Shown piece by piece: positions 45,601 to 57,517 of a stretch of 64,000 nucleotides of DNA; within the stretch, counting starts at the first letter, position 1, and each line of letters opens with the position of its first letter. The notes beneath the pieces are model-generated. The model searched no databases and was not told the DNA's origin. It was given only the letters and a program-made list of their open reading frames with translations. Made by a program: the position numbers and the translations under genes. The stretch lies in NCBI GenBank assembly GCA_025594325.1, contig JANHCV010000010.1, positions 434,001 to 498,000 of the forward strand, read 5' to 3'. Source of the DNA: Blastocladiella emersonii ATCC 22665. Its lineage: Eukaryota > Fungi > Blastocladiomycota.

Positions 45601-47700
45601 TACGCGTACCGAATGATGCCACTAGCTCGCCATGGACTCAGCGCGTGTGTGAGTTTGGGGACGGATGGCGATGGTCAGCTTGGACTGCTGCTGCTTGCCG
45701 GACGACTCGCGGCCCGAGCGAGTCATCATGGCCATGGCCATGGCCGCGCGCTGGATCTCGATCAGCGAGTGCGAGTCCTCGAACCACTGTGTGTCGAGCT
45801 ACTTGACGAGCACGAGCTGGTCCACACCCGATGCTGCCGCCCTTGAACATGCACGCGTGCCGGTTCTCGGGTCGTTGTGTGTTGCCGTGGAACACGAGTC
45901 GCTGGAATCGCGCGAGGCACGGCGAGGATCTGGAGGAATGCAGCAGAAACAACAAGAGGTGAGTGAGTATCGGTGATACTTTCGTGGCGACCGACCGGAA
46001 ACGACACGTACCATGCCAAACGATGTACATCGCCGTCTTGGTCTTGCGCCGCACGGTTGGTCGAGCGCCATGCCGTTCGCTGAGAGTAGTTGTGAGCGTG
46101 GCAGACACGATGTGTCGTAGCAGCGTGTTGCGGTAGTCGAGCGACTTGGACCAGGTCCTTGGACTTGCGCATGCGCAGGCAGCCGCACAACTTCGACTAC
46201 ACGGTTGGTCGTGAGCGAGCAATGAAGGCATGACGGCCACGACGGGGTCAAGGACACGTCCCGGGAAGAAGCGAGGTCGCTGCGAGAGCTGGCCGAGACG
46301 GTGTAGCGCGGTTCATGGCCGCGGAACGGTCGCCGCCAGTGCGGCTGAGAGGAAGCGAAAATGAAGTTTCTGCTACACGAAAGCCGAGCCTGGTCAGTGC
46401 GGGTCAAGCACCGGGCCTCATACACGCGTGTACCGAAATCGAGCAGCACTTGCTGCCCCGGGAGCGCGATCCACATCGAGCTTGACCCGCACCTCGCCTC
46501 GTAGGATACCCGTCGAGCGTGATGCGATGGTCAAAGGACGCGTTGAACCCGAGTCGCGCAAGCCTACGTCCGAGTACTTGTACGCGCGAGACGATCTGGA
46601 CTGGGAACGCGATGTGACGCGGCGCGATCAGTATCTTCCGATGAACAGGCACGGTTGACGACACGTACTATGTTTGAGCCGGGTGGTTCGTGAGGAACCG
46701 GACACGAGGCTGGCGGGCTCAGTTGCACGTAGTTGCGGGCTTGGCCGGCGCAGTTGAGAATCTCCTTGACATCGGTGCTGTCGTCTGGAATGACGTGCGT
46801 GGCGTCACTAGACGACTCGCGGCGTGTTCTTGTCGTACCGGATAGAAAGGTGCAGAGCATAGCTGAGAACGCGACGTGCGAGATGTTGCTGCCGTGCGGC
46901 AGCGCCTGGTTGGTATACACGGGCGAGAACGCGCATTAGCGTTGACGGCGACCGAGGCGTGCGACAGTGTGCGTACCGGCACCAACTGGACCGCTGGTGA
47001 TACACATCCATGAAGTGCCCGGTGTCGACATGATATCTACCCGCGCGGCTCGTCGCACGACGAGCAGCTGCACTATACGGAACCCGGGACCGCGCCCGGC
47101 CGTGGTGAGCCAGCGGTACGCTCGCGCCCGTCGGTGTGGCTGTACCCGGACAAGGGTGGCGGGCGCGTCGGCGCGTCGACCAGTTGCGAATGGTGGTGCA
47201 GAGGCACGCGTGCGGAAAGAGTCAGTGTTGATGGCATCGCAAGGAGTCGACGGTTGTATCGAGGGAGTTTTGATAAACGTGTCGACGCGTCGCGATTCGT
47301 GAGGCAAGCGCGACTGGCGCGCGCGCGCGTGAAGGCGCAGCGTCTCCCGCGGCCGCGAGACAAACGTGACTTTCACGGGACTCCCCGACTTGACAATTTT
47401 CGCCTCGCGTTGACCGAAGAATTGATGCAAGAGCTTTCGCCGAGTTGTATACGCCGACACTTCAACAGACGGTGCACTTTGCGTCGCCGTGGATGAGAAG
47501 GACACGCGGTCAACGCGTTGCGCCACATTGCATCACCAGGTTCGCCGACTCCTACACCTGCTCACGGCGGCGGCCTCCTCTCCTCGAGCTCTCGCCTCGC
47601 CGGCGCGTTCACAGGCGTCTTGGGGCATCATGGACCGCGCAACTCTGCGCGACTTCCCGCAACGGCGTTCCCATGCCCGTACCGACAGCCTGCCGCCCTC
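39620..47700 (-). repeat. Tandem segmental duplication (period about 4.2 kb) of a degenerate multi-intron unknown gene
   Basis: Colinear matches 39668/43894, 40850/45060, 41760/45960, 42410/46660. Minus-strand GTACGTGTC donors conserved at matching positions. ORFs are broken. Confidence 0.8.
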
Positions 47701-49374
47701 GTCGCGCTCAGGGCGCTGCTCGCCGGTTGAGGCGGCTGCGGCGTACTCGATCTGCTCTTGAAGGCCTGAGGGATGCTGTCTACGACGCGTCGACGCAGCC
47801 ATGCGAGGAGATCGAGCCGCGACAGGCCGCGGGGCTTCGTTCGCCTCGCTGGTGCCGCTCGCTCCCGCTTTCTGCACTCGCATCGCAGGTCCGCTCACAT
47901 CCACAACCCATCTACTCCACGGCGACTGCGGCCGACCGAGTCTGACGACCGGATCCGTGTCGCAGCCGGTCCGAACATTTTCGGCCTGCCGCGAGCCACT
48001 CGCCTCGCGGACCTACGCGTCGTCACCGAGTCGGACGGAAGCCAGCTTACATTTTGCTACATGACTTCAAGCGAGAGAACTTTGAACCGACGAGCGCTGC
48101 AACAGCTGCTCTATGTCCAAGGACGCGCTTCGATGCAACGCGCACGCCGTTCTTCATTTGTGCGTGTCGCGTCGCGTCGCGTGGGAACCCGGAGGCCCGC
48201 TTGCGAGCTCCGAGCGCGTCGCTCCCACGGATTCTGCGCGTCGTTTGCTTGAGCCGCTTGGACGTCGCGCCTGTTGAGCGTTGCGCGGCCGACGCACCGC
48301 CGAAAGCTCGTGCGCTGTTGAGCCCGGCGCTCATGAACGCCGCGTCGAGCTCGCGGTCCTCGCTCTCCCCACTTGCGCCGCTCCGTCGCCAACGAAACGC
48401 ATGGAGATCAACTTTCACTTGCTGCATCGCGCTCCTCGAGTGTTCCTCTCATTCTTGTCGCCATGAGCAGCCAGCATCCGGTGCTTCATGCGCACTTTGC
48501 TTGCGACGTGCGCTCGACGGTAAACGGCCAGTGCCACTTGTGCACGCGCTGGAACCACGTCCGCCGAACCGCTTGGAGCTGGGCCTAATGCGCGGAACGA
48601 CGACTTTAGTGTCAGAGTGCCCAACGCGACGGGCGACGGCACGGGCGGCAGCAGCACAGGCAGGCTGAGCGCGAGCAGGCGTGGGGTGGCAGCCCGAGGT
48701 GACTTGCCCGCCACTATAGCCATCGTCGATCCTGCACAACAGTCAGGGGCCGGTATGGACTTGAGCCTTCCTGCGTGTTCCCGCCCGCGTCAAGCTCGTC
48801 GGCAAGACCGCGGGCTTGACCTCGAGCAACGGCGGATCGTGCTGAAGGGACACGGCTGCGCGGACCCCACCGCCGCCGCTGTCCGCCACCTTCAGCGAGA
48901 ACGGTTCCCACGGCGACGCGGGCAACGCGGGCGATATGGGCAACGCGCCGAACCCTCCCGCGCCACCTTCCGTCCCGCAGTCGGGCGTGCCCGCGATCCT
49001 GAGCTGGTCCGCGGCGAGCGCAAACGCGCAAGCGCGCACCATCCATGGATCGCGTCGCGGCCCACTTTGAAAATTAGCCGTGCACGTGCTCCTGACTCGA
49101 CGTTGAGGCGGCTCGCCAGCAGGATCGCGCGGCAGGTCGTGCGTGAGCCCAGCGATACCTTACTCGCCCTGCTGGAGCGCTGAGGCCGATGGATCGCGCA
49201 GAGAGCTGCCCACCGTCGGCATGGTGGTGGCTGCCGTCGCGCAGCGCGACTGAAAGTGATGGTACGGAGGTACAGACAGCAACCTCGCTGAGGGACGAAG
49301 ATAGGTGGAGAGCAAAAGGAGATATCATCATTTCGATACAAAACAAGCTCTTTCGACCCTACTGCATGCAATTG

Positions 49375-49824
49375 TCAAAGTAGGTCGGGAACATGGGAAG
49401 CAGTGTCGCGCGCTTGAGCTCGCCCTTGAGCGCTGCGAACGAGGCGGCGGTGCCGCTCGCCACCTTCTCGGTGCCAGGCTTGGTCTGCGGGAACTGGGCG
49501 ATATCGGGGCAGCGAGCGGTCGACTGTGGCCGCGTGGCAGAACTCGAGGTACTCGACGATGGTCTCGCTGTGGGCGCTGATCCACCGCATCACGGGGAAA
49601 CTGTACCCGACATGGCGGTCGTACCAGCTGTCCGTCTTGCCGACGAGGTTGCGCAGCTTGATGACCGCGGCGCGCTGCGCCGCCGACGCCGACTTGGGCG
49701 GCACGGGCGGCACATACACGTACGCGACGTCGAGCGCGGGCGTGACGCCGAACGCCTTGCCCTGCGGCGGGAGAACGACGGGCCGGTGCACAAAGATGAC
49801 GGCGACGTCGCCGCGGTCGTCCAT
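49375..49824 (-). pseudogene. Hypothetical gene, first exon with host-like codon usage, frameshifted near 49500
   Basis: MDDRGDVAVIFVHRP...WYDRHVGYSFPVMRW with strongly C/G-ending codons; the frame switches to PDIAQFPQTKPG and then hits a stop. No recognisable family. Confidence 0.4.
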
Positions 49825-50236
49825 GCTTTTACGTGTTGTTTTGCCGTTTTGTTTCCAATAAATGAATTCGCGGTTGCTCCCTTGGGACGCGGCGAGCGCG
49901 CATGTAGTGGCGCAGCGCGTCGGTCCAGAACGGCGCCACTTCACCCGCACTCATCTCCATGAACAGCGCTGCTCGACGAGGTCCGCTTCTGCCCTGAGAC
50001 GCGGCGAACGCGCATGCGGTGGCGTGGCGCAGCGCTTTGATCCGAAACAGAGCCACTCTGCCCGTACTCAACTCTACTCATCGGCATAGCCTCCGCATGG
50101 CGCGAAAGTTGGTGTCTCGCTCTCTTGAAGAGCTTTCAAGTATCCCAGGGTAGTTTGCTGTTCTGTGAGCTTTCTGCTTTGGCTCTCGAAGCAGCGTCTA
50201 GCGAAGCGCGCGCCTCCAGGTTCGTAGCGCTAAGCC

Positions 50237-50537
50237 TGTTACGCGTCGTTCATGCGGTGGTGATCGCGTCGTTCATGCGGTGGTGATCGCGCCGTTCCTG
50301 CGGCGATGATCCCGTCGTTCACGCAGTTGTGATCGTGGTGATCATCCACCTGATCTCGCATGGTCTCGCCCGCAACCGCCTCGCCACCCACCGCGGTAGC
50401 GCGCTCCCACGGCGGCCCTCCCCGCTTCGTCATTCTCTATCTCGCCTCACCCAGCCCTGGTTCGGGACCGAGGCAGGAATACACCCCCCTGAATAGCTGA
50501 TTCCTGGCCTCCTCGCGTTGACCTTCACAGCTCAACA
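50237..50537 (+). mobile_element. Solo LTR related to the 8480-13940 element's LTR
   Basis: TGTT...AACA termini; flanks AAGCC/GAGCC (5-bp TSD with one mismatch); shared blocks cgttcatg, ctgatctcgc, gcccgcaa, cattctc and ggttcgggRccgaRggcaggaata in the same order. Confidence 0.85.
50242..50333 (+). repeat. Four 23-bp tandem units inside the solo LTR
   Basis: cgcgtcgttcatgcggtggtgat x2, then cgcgccgttcctgcggcgatgat and cccgtcgttcacgcagttgtgat. Confidence 0.85.
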
Positions 50538-51154
50538 GAGCCGCGGCTGAGCGCGTGTGCGTGGCTGAGTGGCGCAGCGCGTCGTTGCTGATCCGAAACC
50601 GCGCCGCGCCGCGCCGCTCCGCTCCGCCTGCGCTCGAGCCGGTCAACGCGAAGTTGACAGCGGCGCTCTCTCTCAGAGTCCAATTCGCGAACACGGGCGG
50701 GCCCAGGGGCTCACGACTCGCGTTCACTCCAAGCAGCGAGACGGGCGTTTTTAGAAGTTTTCGATTGAAGATGAGATGATGGAGGAATGATACAAGACAA
50801 AGTTTCCCGATTCTGGCGGACCAACGACGACACGGCGGGCGAGAGGAGAGGAGAGTGGAGTGATGTGCGCGTTGGCGGACAGACGGACGGAGCGGAGCGG
50901 TTACCATTTTGCGAGGGAGGTGGGAATGTTGAGGAGAGGGACGAACGGTTCAGGAGAAAGATGAGACGCGCGCGCTACGTGTACCCGCGGAACAGCGACC
51001 GCCGCGCCGCCGCCAAGTCGGCGGCCCACGGGTGGTGGCCGATGAGCGGGACGCCCGCGTCGTCGAAGCCGAACTCGAACTCGTACGACGACGACGACGA
51101 TACGGGCGACCACGACCGCGACCGCAGGTGCAGCGGCGCGCTCCGCGGGGCGCA

Positions 51155-52777
51155 TCAGGCGGCGAGCCCGATGACGACGTCGGCGTCGTCAGGGAGCTCG
51201 GACGCGTCGACGTGGGTGACCTTCTTATCGCGGGACCGGGACCGGCGGCGGTTGGAGCGGGACCGGCGGCGGGCGGGGGAGACGGAGACCGAGGCCTCGG
51301 TCGGGACCGCGGGCACGTTCAGCGCGGCCGCGTTGGTGTCCGAGATCGCGAGCAGGACGGCGCACTCGGCGGGGAGCTCGTGCTCGGAGAAGACGTAGGG
51401 GAGCTGCTGGTGCGGGAGCGAGAGGCGGAGGACCTGGCCGGAGGGGAGGAGGAGGACGGTGAAGCGGAAGGCGGCGACGTAAGTCCCCTCGGCGGTAGCG
51501 CGCGCGGGGAGGGGCTTGAGCAGGCCGTGCGTCGCGCACTCCTTGATGCCGAGGCGCAGCGCCGTGTCGAGGGCGAGGGTGTTGGTCGGGTACTTGTCGG
51601 CGGTCGAAGCGACGTGCGTGAGGAGCTTGCGGGCGGCGGCGAGACGCAGGTTGTGGCGCGCGTTAGGGCCGCGCTGGAACAGCGAGGTCTCGCTGCCGTG
51701 GTCCTTGGTCGCGGCCGACGTCGCCGAGTCGTCGGAGCCAGGCGCGCGCGACGCGAGGTAGATGCCGACGTCGTACGCCTCGTTGACCGAGAACTCGAAC
51801 GGGGCCGCCTTGTCGTCGGCCTTGGCGGACTCGTCGCGCTCGGCGTTGTACAGGTGGTTGCCCGCGTCGGGCGAGAACCGCTCGATGCGCTTGGTGAAGG
51901 TGCCGCGGACGGGGACGCACCCGTACGCGCGGGCGAGGCGCGCGACGGCCTCCTGGACGGCCGTCGACGACTGGCCGGGGCGGATCAGGCGCCACACGGT
52001 CTCGGCGGCAAAGTGCGCGGCCGAAACGACGTCTGCCACTGGCCCGGTGGTCGGGGAATCGGGGTCGACGGTCAGGACCGTTGTGTGGCCGGCCACCACC
52101 GACGCCCCGTCAATGTGCACGCCAAGCTCGACCTTGACGAGGTCGCCGACCTGCAGCACGTAAGGGGCAGGGTGGGTGAGGTCGTTGGCGGGGCCCGACG
52201 GGTGGCGCGGGGCGTAGCTGCACACGACGTTGTTGACGCTGACGGTGGTGGGCAGCGAGATGCCCTTCTTGAGCTTGGCGTGGCCGGCGGCGGCGGCGCG
52301 CTCGGCGATTAGCTCGTCGCCGAAGGCGCACAGGTCGGCGGTCGAGACGCCCGGCAGCACGCGCTCCATGACCTCCTTCATGACGACTAGATGGGACCGG
52401 GTGCGCGGGTTTTGGGTTAGGTTCATGCAGTCGAAGCGGTGGCTGGGGCAAGAGCAACGCGCGGGCAGCCATGCAAGGCCATGCGAGCGCAGAACCTTGC
52501 TCGGGCACCACCACCACCTTCGCCCAAAAACGAAGACGAGGAACGTACGGTTGCACAGGTTGCCGGCGAGGCGGTACTTTGCCATGATGATGGGGTCGGC
52601 GAGGTTGTTTTCGGACATGGCGGCGAGCTGGTCCGGGTTGGGTAGTGGTGGCACGGCCGTGGTCGAGGCGGCACCGGCGCCCGCGCCGGCAGCAGTAGGA
52701 GGAGGAGCATGGGTGGAGGAGGAGCGCTTGGATGATGGCGAGCGCTTGGCCGGGGTGGCGGGAGAGGAGGTGGTCAT
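51155..52777 (-). CDS. PA2G4/Ebp1/Arx1-like MetAP-fold protein (in-frame intron 52387-52548)
   Basis: KYRLAG, KGISLPTTVSVNNVVC, GDLVKVELGVHIDG, AAHFAAE..RLIRPG, LRLGIKECATHGLL, VAAFRFTVLL. Confidence 0.88.
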   Translation of the reverse strand: MTTSSPATPAKRSPSSKRSSSTHAPPPTAAGAGAGAASTTAVPPLPNPDQLAAMSENNLADPIIMAKYRLAGNLCNRTFLVFVFGRRWWWCPSKVLRSHGLAWLPARCSCPSHRFDCMNLTQNPRTRSHLVVMKEVMERVLPGVSTADLCAFGDELIAERAAAAGHAKLKKGISLPTTVSVNNVVCSYAPRHPSGPANDLTHPAPYVLQVGDLVKVELGVHIDGASVVAGHTTVLTVDPDSPTTGPVADVVSAAHFAAETVWRLIRPGQSSTAVQEAVARLARAYGCVPVRGTFTKRIERFSPDAGNHLYNAERDESAKADDKAAPFEFSVNEAYDVGIYLASRAPGSDDSATSAATKDHGSETSLFQRGPNARHNLRLAAARKLLTHVASTADKYPTNTLALDTALRLGIKECATHGLLKPLPARATAEGTYVAAFRFTVLLLPSGQVLRLSLPHQQLPYVFSEHELPAECAVLLAISDTNAAALNVPAVPTEASVSVSPARRRSRSNRRRSRSRDKKVTHVDASELPDDADVVIGLAA

Positions 52778-52952
52778 TGTGAGGATGGGTTAGGAGAGAG
52801 GAAGGAGAGGGAGCGGCTCTTGACGAGAGCACGCAAAGAGGGAGGAAGAAGGTTACAGCCCGCTCGATCGGAGACGGGATTGACTCAACCAGCGGACGGC
52901 GAGGCCAAGGAGGGGAGGGAGGGAGGGGAGAGAACCGGAAGCGAGGAGCGAC

Positions 52953-53500
52953 TCAACTGCTACTGCCGGCGCGAGGGGACGGGTCCGGATCAAAGATCAG
53001 CCGGACGCAGTTGTCGATGGTGATGGTGGCGGCGCACTTGGCAGCGGTGGTCTCGATCAATTGCGGGCAGCGCAAGAGAGACCGGGTGCGGAAGCGCGCA
53101 GCGAGCGAGGGGGGCCGTCGAGGAAGGTGACGGCGATGCGGGTGGTGGTGTAGAGGTCGTCGTCCCAACGGTGCGCGCCGGGTCGAGGGCTTCTAGGAGG
53201 TCGTTGCGTTGTATAAGGTTGCGTGTACGAGCACGGGTGGGCCGTGGGAGAGAGAGCGAAGAGCGAGGGGCGGGCAGGACCGGGTCCCCCACCGAGCTGC
53301 GATGCAGGGCCGCCAGCTGGGCCCACGTTTCCCCCACCTCACCTTGCAACGCTGCCACGGCGGCCACGGCCCACCTGATGGCCGCCGTGGCCACGACGCC
53401 CAGCGTCACGATCCGGGTCTGCTTGTGGATCTGCAACTTCATTTCGTCGGCGGCGACGGCGGCGGTGGCCACGGCCCGGGCCTTGTCAGCGGCGACGCCA
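52953..53500 (-). CDS. Small hypothetical multi-exon protein (structure uncertain)
   Basis: GC3-rich segments ADEMKLQIHKQTRIVTLGVVATAAIRWAVAAVAALQ followed by a GTGAG donor, and WDDDLYTTTRIAVTFLDG. Divergent from TMEM41. Confidence 0.35.
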
Positions 53501-53543
53501 CCGTGAGACAGCAGCGGCGGTCTGCAACGCAACCCCGAGTTGC

Positions 53544-53553
53544 AGCCAATCAG
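53544..53553 (+). promoter_or_regulatory. CCAAT box (NF-Y/HAP consensus) in a divergent promoter
   Basis: AGCCAATCAG about 235 bp upstream of the TMEM41 ATG. Confidence 0.4.
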
Positions 53554-53786
53554 CGCGTCGATCGGCGCACAGCACGTGGGTCCGCCCGCTCGGCGCACCT
53601 GCCACACCCGTCACCACGCGCAACACGCTCGGCCGGCCGAGTCGCCACGCTGGCCGCGGACATCCGCGCGTGCCTTTCGCCGAGCCTCATCGCCATCATC
53701 GCACGTACGGCCATGGACAGCGCGCCACGCATCGCTTAACGCATCGACACCCCACGCATCAACCCTACCCTATACAAGAAGAAACC

Positions 53787-54870
53787 ATGGCGACCGCCGC
53801 CGCGACTGCCGCCGCACACCGCCGCCGCCTGCGGTCCTCGCTGCGGGACGGCGCGCTGGGCATGCCGATGCTGGGCAGCGTGTCGTCTCCCTCCTCCCCG
53901 AAACACGGCCTGCTGCTGCCGGGCCAGCCGCTGAGCGGGCGGCGCGCCGACGCGGGCCCGCCGACCTGGGTGCTCGGGTTCCGCCTGCTCCCCTTCGTGC
54001 TGCTGTTCGGCGCGGCCACCTACGGGCTGTATCTGCTCGTCGTCGCGCTGCCGCCGCTCGAGTCGGGCAACACGATCAGTTTGCACGCCACGTCGCTGCA
54101 CGAGGTGCAGGGTGCGTCCTGACCGCTGAGGGATCGGGCGACGATGGCTGACTTGCGGGCAATGTAGCGCTCGCGGCGACGCTGCAAGAGTACTCGGCGA
54201 GCCACTTTGCCCACGTCCTGACCTTCTTCGCCGCGCTCTACGTCTGGAAGCAGACCTTTTCGATCCCGGGCGCCATGGCGCTGGTACGCGTCTCATCGGT
54301 TCACTGCCCTCACCGCGACCTCACTCACCCTCACACCCTCACGCGCAGAACCTGATCGCCGGCTCGCTGTACGGCGCGTGGGGCACCGCGCTGGCGATCG
54401 GCCTGACGGCGGTGGGCGCGTCGCTGTGCTACCTTCTCTCGCACACCTTCGCGTCCCCGCTCGTGCGCCGTTTCCTGATCGACCGGCGCCCACACGGCCG
54501 GGTCGCGCACCTCGCGAAGCGGGTGCGGCGCGAGCAGGCGGCGGGGACGCTGGCGTACTACCTGCTGTTCCTGCGCGTGTTCCCGCTGACGCCCAACTGG
54601 CTGCTCAACCTGGCGAGCCCCGTCGTCGGCGTGCCGCTGCCCGTCTTCTTCCTGTCGGCGGCGGTCGGGCTCGCGCCCTACAACCTCGTCACGACGCAGG
54701 CCGGGTCGATCCTCGCGTCGTTGACGAGAATCGAGGATATCGTCCAGCCCAAGGTCCTGCTCCAGCTCGCCCTCGTCGCGGCCGCTGCCCTGATCCCCGT
54801 CGTCGTCAAGCGCCGCGCCGGGAACAAGCTGCAGCTCGACGATTCGGACGAGGACGGCGCCGTCGAGTGA
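53787..54870 (+). CDS. TMEM41: TMEM41/TVP38 (VTT/DedA domain) membrane protein (introns about 54112-54167 and 54284-54348)
   Basis: YVWKQTFSIPGA, NLIAGSLYG, GASLCYLLS, YLLFLRVFPLTPNWLLNLASPVVGVP, LAPYNLVTTQAG. Confidence 0.93.
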
Positions 54871-55480
54871 TGATGCAGGATGACTAATACACTTTCTTTC
54901 CCACGCTCGCTTGCCTCGTGTGCGCTCGCGCGTCCGCGCTAGCTCCAGTCGCGGTCGGTGCGCGCGCCCAGATCTGCCGCCTTGCGTCCACGCGACGCGA
55001 CCGCGGACGCGCGCGTAGCTCCACCTGCCGCGCCCTAGATTCCACTCGCGCCGTGCCGCGGGACCGCCAAGCTCCGTGTTCCCGCGTTCCCGCGTCCGCG
55101 TCGGCGGCGCTGCTGCGGCTGGCCACCTGCCTCGCTCGCTCGCGCGCGCCCACGCGGACTTGCCTCCAGACGCGTCGCGTCGCGTTGCAGCCGCGCGTCG
55201 GCTAGCTCCGCTTTCCCGCCGAATCGACGCGCGCAGCCGCCAAGCTCCCCTTCCCTCCCTTCGCCGTCGCCGCCTCCACTCTGGCCATGGCCGGCCGCAC
55301 GCACGCATGGCCCCCGCGCGCCCTCGCGCCCACCCCGCCCGCCGCGGCCGCCGCGGGACCCCTCAAATACCGCCCGCGCCCCCGCACTCCTCCCTCGCCG
55401 TGCTCAGCAGCGACCTGCACGCGACGACGAAGCTCTTCCCTTCCTCCTCTCCCCTGCACGCCGCCGTCCATCCATCCACC

Positions 55481-56749
55481 ATGGCTCGGCTCTCGCTCCT
55501 CCTCCTCCTCGTGGCCACGGCCGCGACGTCGGCGCTCGGGTCCGCGGTCCCGCTGTTCACGTCGCAGTCCGAGTCCACCAACATCCACGTGTGCCCGTCG
55601 ACGGTCGAGTCGCCGCTGGTCGTCGCGCGGTCGGTCCTCGCCGAGCGCCACGGCGGGCGCATGCCGCCGCATCGCCGTCACCGCGACGATGATGACGATG
55701 ACGAGCGCGGGTCGATGCTCGACATCCTGCGTCGCGACCACCGGTTCACCAAGCTGGTCGAGGCCGTGTCCAAGGTGGGCGGCAACCTGCGCGACGACCT
55801 CGACAGCCCGCAGAAGAAGACGCTGTTTGCGCCGACCAACGACGCGTTCCGCACGCTCATGGAGTCGGGGATGATGCTCGACCCCAAGCACGGCCACGGG
55901 CACGGCAACATGGACGACCTGCTGCGGTACCACATGGTGCTGGACGAGGAGTGGACGCACTCGGACCTGTGCGACGGGGCGATCCTCGAGACGGCGCTCG
56001 ACAACGACAAGCACCTGGGCGGCGACCGCGCGCAGGTGATCCGCGTGGCCAAGTTCGAGGGCCGCGTCGTGCTCAACATGTACGCCATGGTGATCGAGTC
56101 CGATATCAAGGCCGAGAACGGCGTGATCCACGCCATCGCCGACGTGCTCGTGCTCCCGGCCTCGGCCTTCACCACGCTCACGCTGATCCCGACCGAGCTC
56201 TCGATCCAGGCCATGGCCCTGCAGCTGACGGGGCTCGACGCCAAGGTCGCCGAGCACAAGGGCCTGACGGCGCTGATCCCGACCAACTCGGCGTGGAAGG
56301 CCATGGGGTACCTCGAGCTGATGCGCCTGTTCCACCCGCACCGCCGCGAGATGCTCAAGAAGTTCCTCATGAAGCACTACGTGTCCGAGGTCGCGTACGC
56401 CGCCGAGATCGCCATGGAGGGCCGCAACAACCACCACAACAAGCACCGCATGGTGTCGGGCGACAACATGTGCCGCATGAACCACGAGATGCTGCACGGC
56501 AAGAAGGAGAAGAAGCTCAAGACGTGGTCGGGCGACGAGATCACCATGCACATCGAGTGCCACCGCGGCCGCCTGCGCGTCCACATCGACGACGTGCTCG
56601 TCTCGATCCAGGACCTGCCCGCCGAGAACGGCGCCATGCACCTCCTGTCGGCCCCGCTGCGCATGGACGACGACGACGAGGACGATGGTGATGATGAGCG
56701 TCGTCGTCGCCGTCCGCACCACCGTCGCCCGCACCACCGCGCCGAGTAA
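55481..56749 (+). CDS. Secreted fasciclin (FAS1-domain) protein, two domains
   Basis: Signal peptide MARLSLLLLLVATAATSALG; TLFAPTNDAF, LLRYH, DIKAENGVIHAIADVL, LTALIPTNSAW, DLPAENGAMHLL. Confidence 0.93.
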   Translation: MARLSLLLLLVATAATSALGSAVPLFTSQSESTNIHVCPSTVESPLVVARSVLAERHGGRMPPHRRHRDDDDDDERGSMLDILRRDHRFTKLVEAVSKVGGNLRDDLDSPQKKTLFAPTNDAFRTLMESGMMLDPKHGHGHGNMDDLLRYHMVLDEEWTHSDLCDGAILETALDNDKHLGGDRAQVIRVAKFEGRVVLNMYAMVIESDIKAENGVIHAIADVLVLPASAFTTLTLIPTELSIQAMALQLTGLDAKVAEHKGLTALIPTNSAWKAMGYLELMRLFHPHRREMLKKFLMKHYVSEVAYAAEIAMEGRNNHHNKHRMVSGDNMCRMNHEMLHGKKEKKLKTWSGDEITMHIECHRGRLRVHIDDVLVSIQDLPAENGAMHLLSAPLRMDDDDEDDGDDERRRRRPHHRRPHHRAE

Positions 56750-57517
56750 GGCGGTGCCGCGACGGAGTCGTGTGTGTGTTCCTCGAGTCGACGATGATGT
56801 ATCCCTCCCTCCCTTGCCCCCGTGTAATACACTCGCGCGCCCTCCCTTCCGAGGACCATCACGCTCGCTTTCCATAACACTAGCAACTCTGAGCGTGAGG
56901 CATCAAATAAGATCATGAACCGTCCGCACCGACCGCTCCCTCTCGCATGACCCGCGTCGCGCGTCGACCCGAGCGATCGGGGAGCTGCAACACAGGGCCA
57001 CATGCGCGAGAGAGAGGGGTTCTCGGGAACCTCTTGGGTATCGTCATCTGCCTCGCCGCCTTCCGCACACTAGCACACCACACCCGACGCGCGAACGCAC
57101 ACAAGAGAGAGAAGGAAGAGCAGCGCGAGAGATCCCACACGTCATCGACACCGCAAGCGGCGCCTCCGCGCGTCGACGCCCAGCCCACACGCACGGCGCC
57201 GCGCGAGAGCGACGGCGACGACAAAGGCGGCGGAGCCGAGCGCCGTTTGTGTATCCTCTTGCGCTGGGAACCGTTGTTAGCATACCCCGCCGTCGCAGGA
57301 GGCGGGCGGGTTGAAATAAGGCCAATTCATTGTGGGGCTCTCGTGCGCGCTGCCTTCGTCTCGTCTCGCGCGCGCGGACGCGCTGGGTGGGTGATACATG
57401 ATATGTGTGGGAGCGACGGCGCGGAGAGAGAGGAAGGGCGGCGGGAAGCGCGCGCGGTTCTTATCCGGTCGGCCGGAGCAGCTCGAGCTCCTCTCTGAAT
57501 GCATCTGGACTGAGAAA

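Noticed and set aside
55202-56875. Long antisense ORFs over fasciclin, GDI1 (62355-63893), NPR3, PTEN and dolichol kinase
   Set aside because: Expected stop-poor shadows of high-GC3 coding strands; no motifs.
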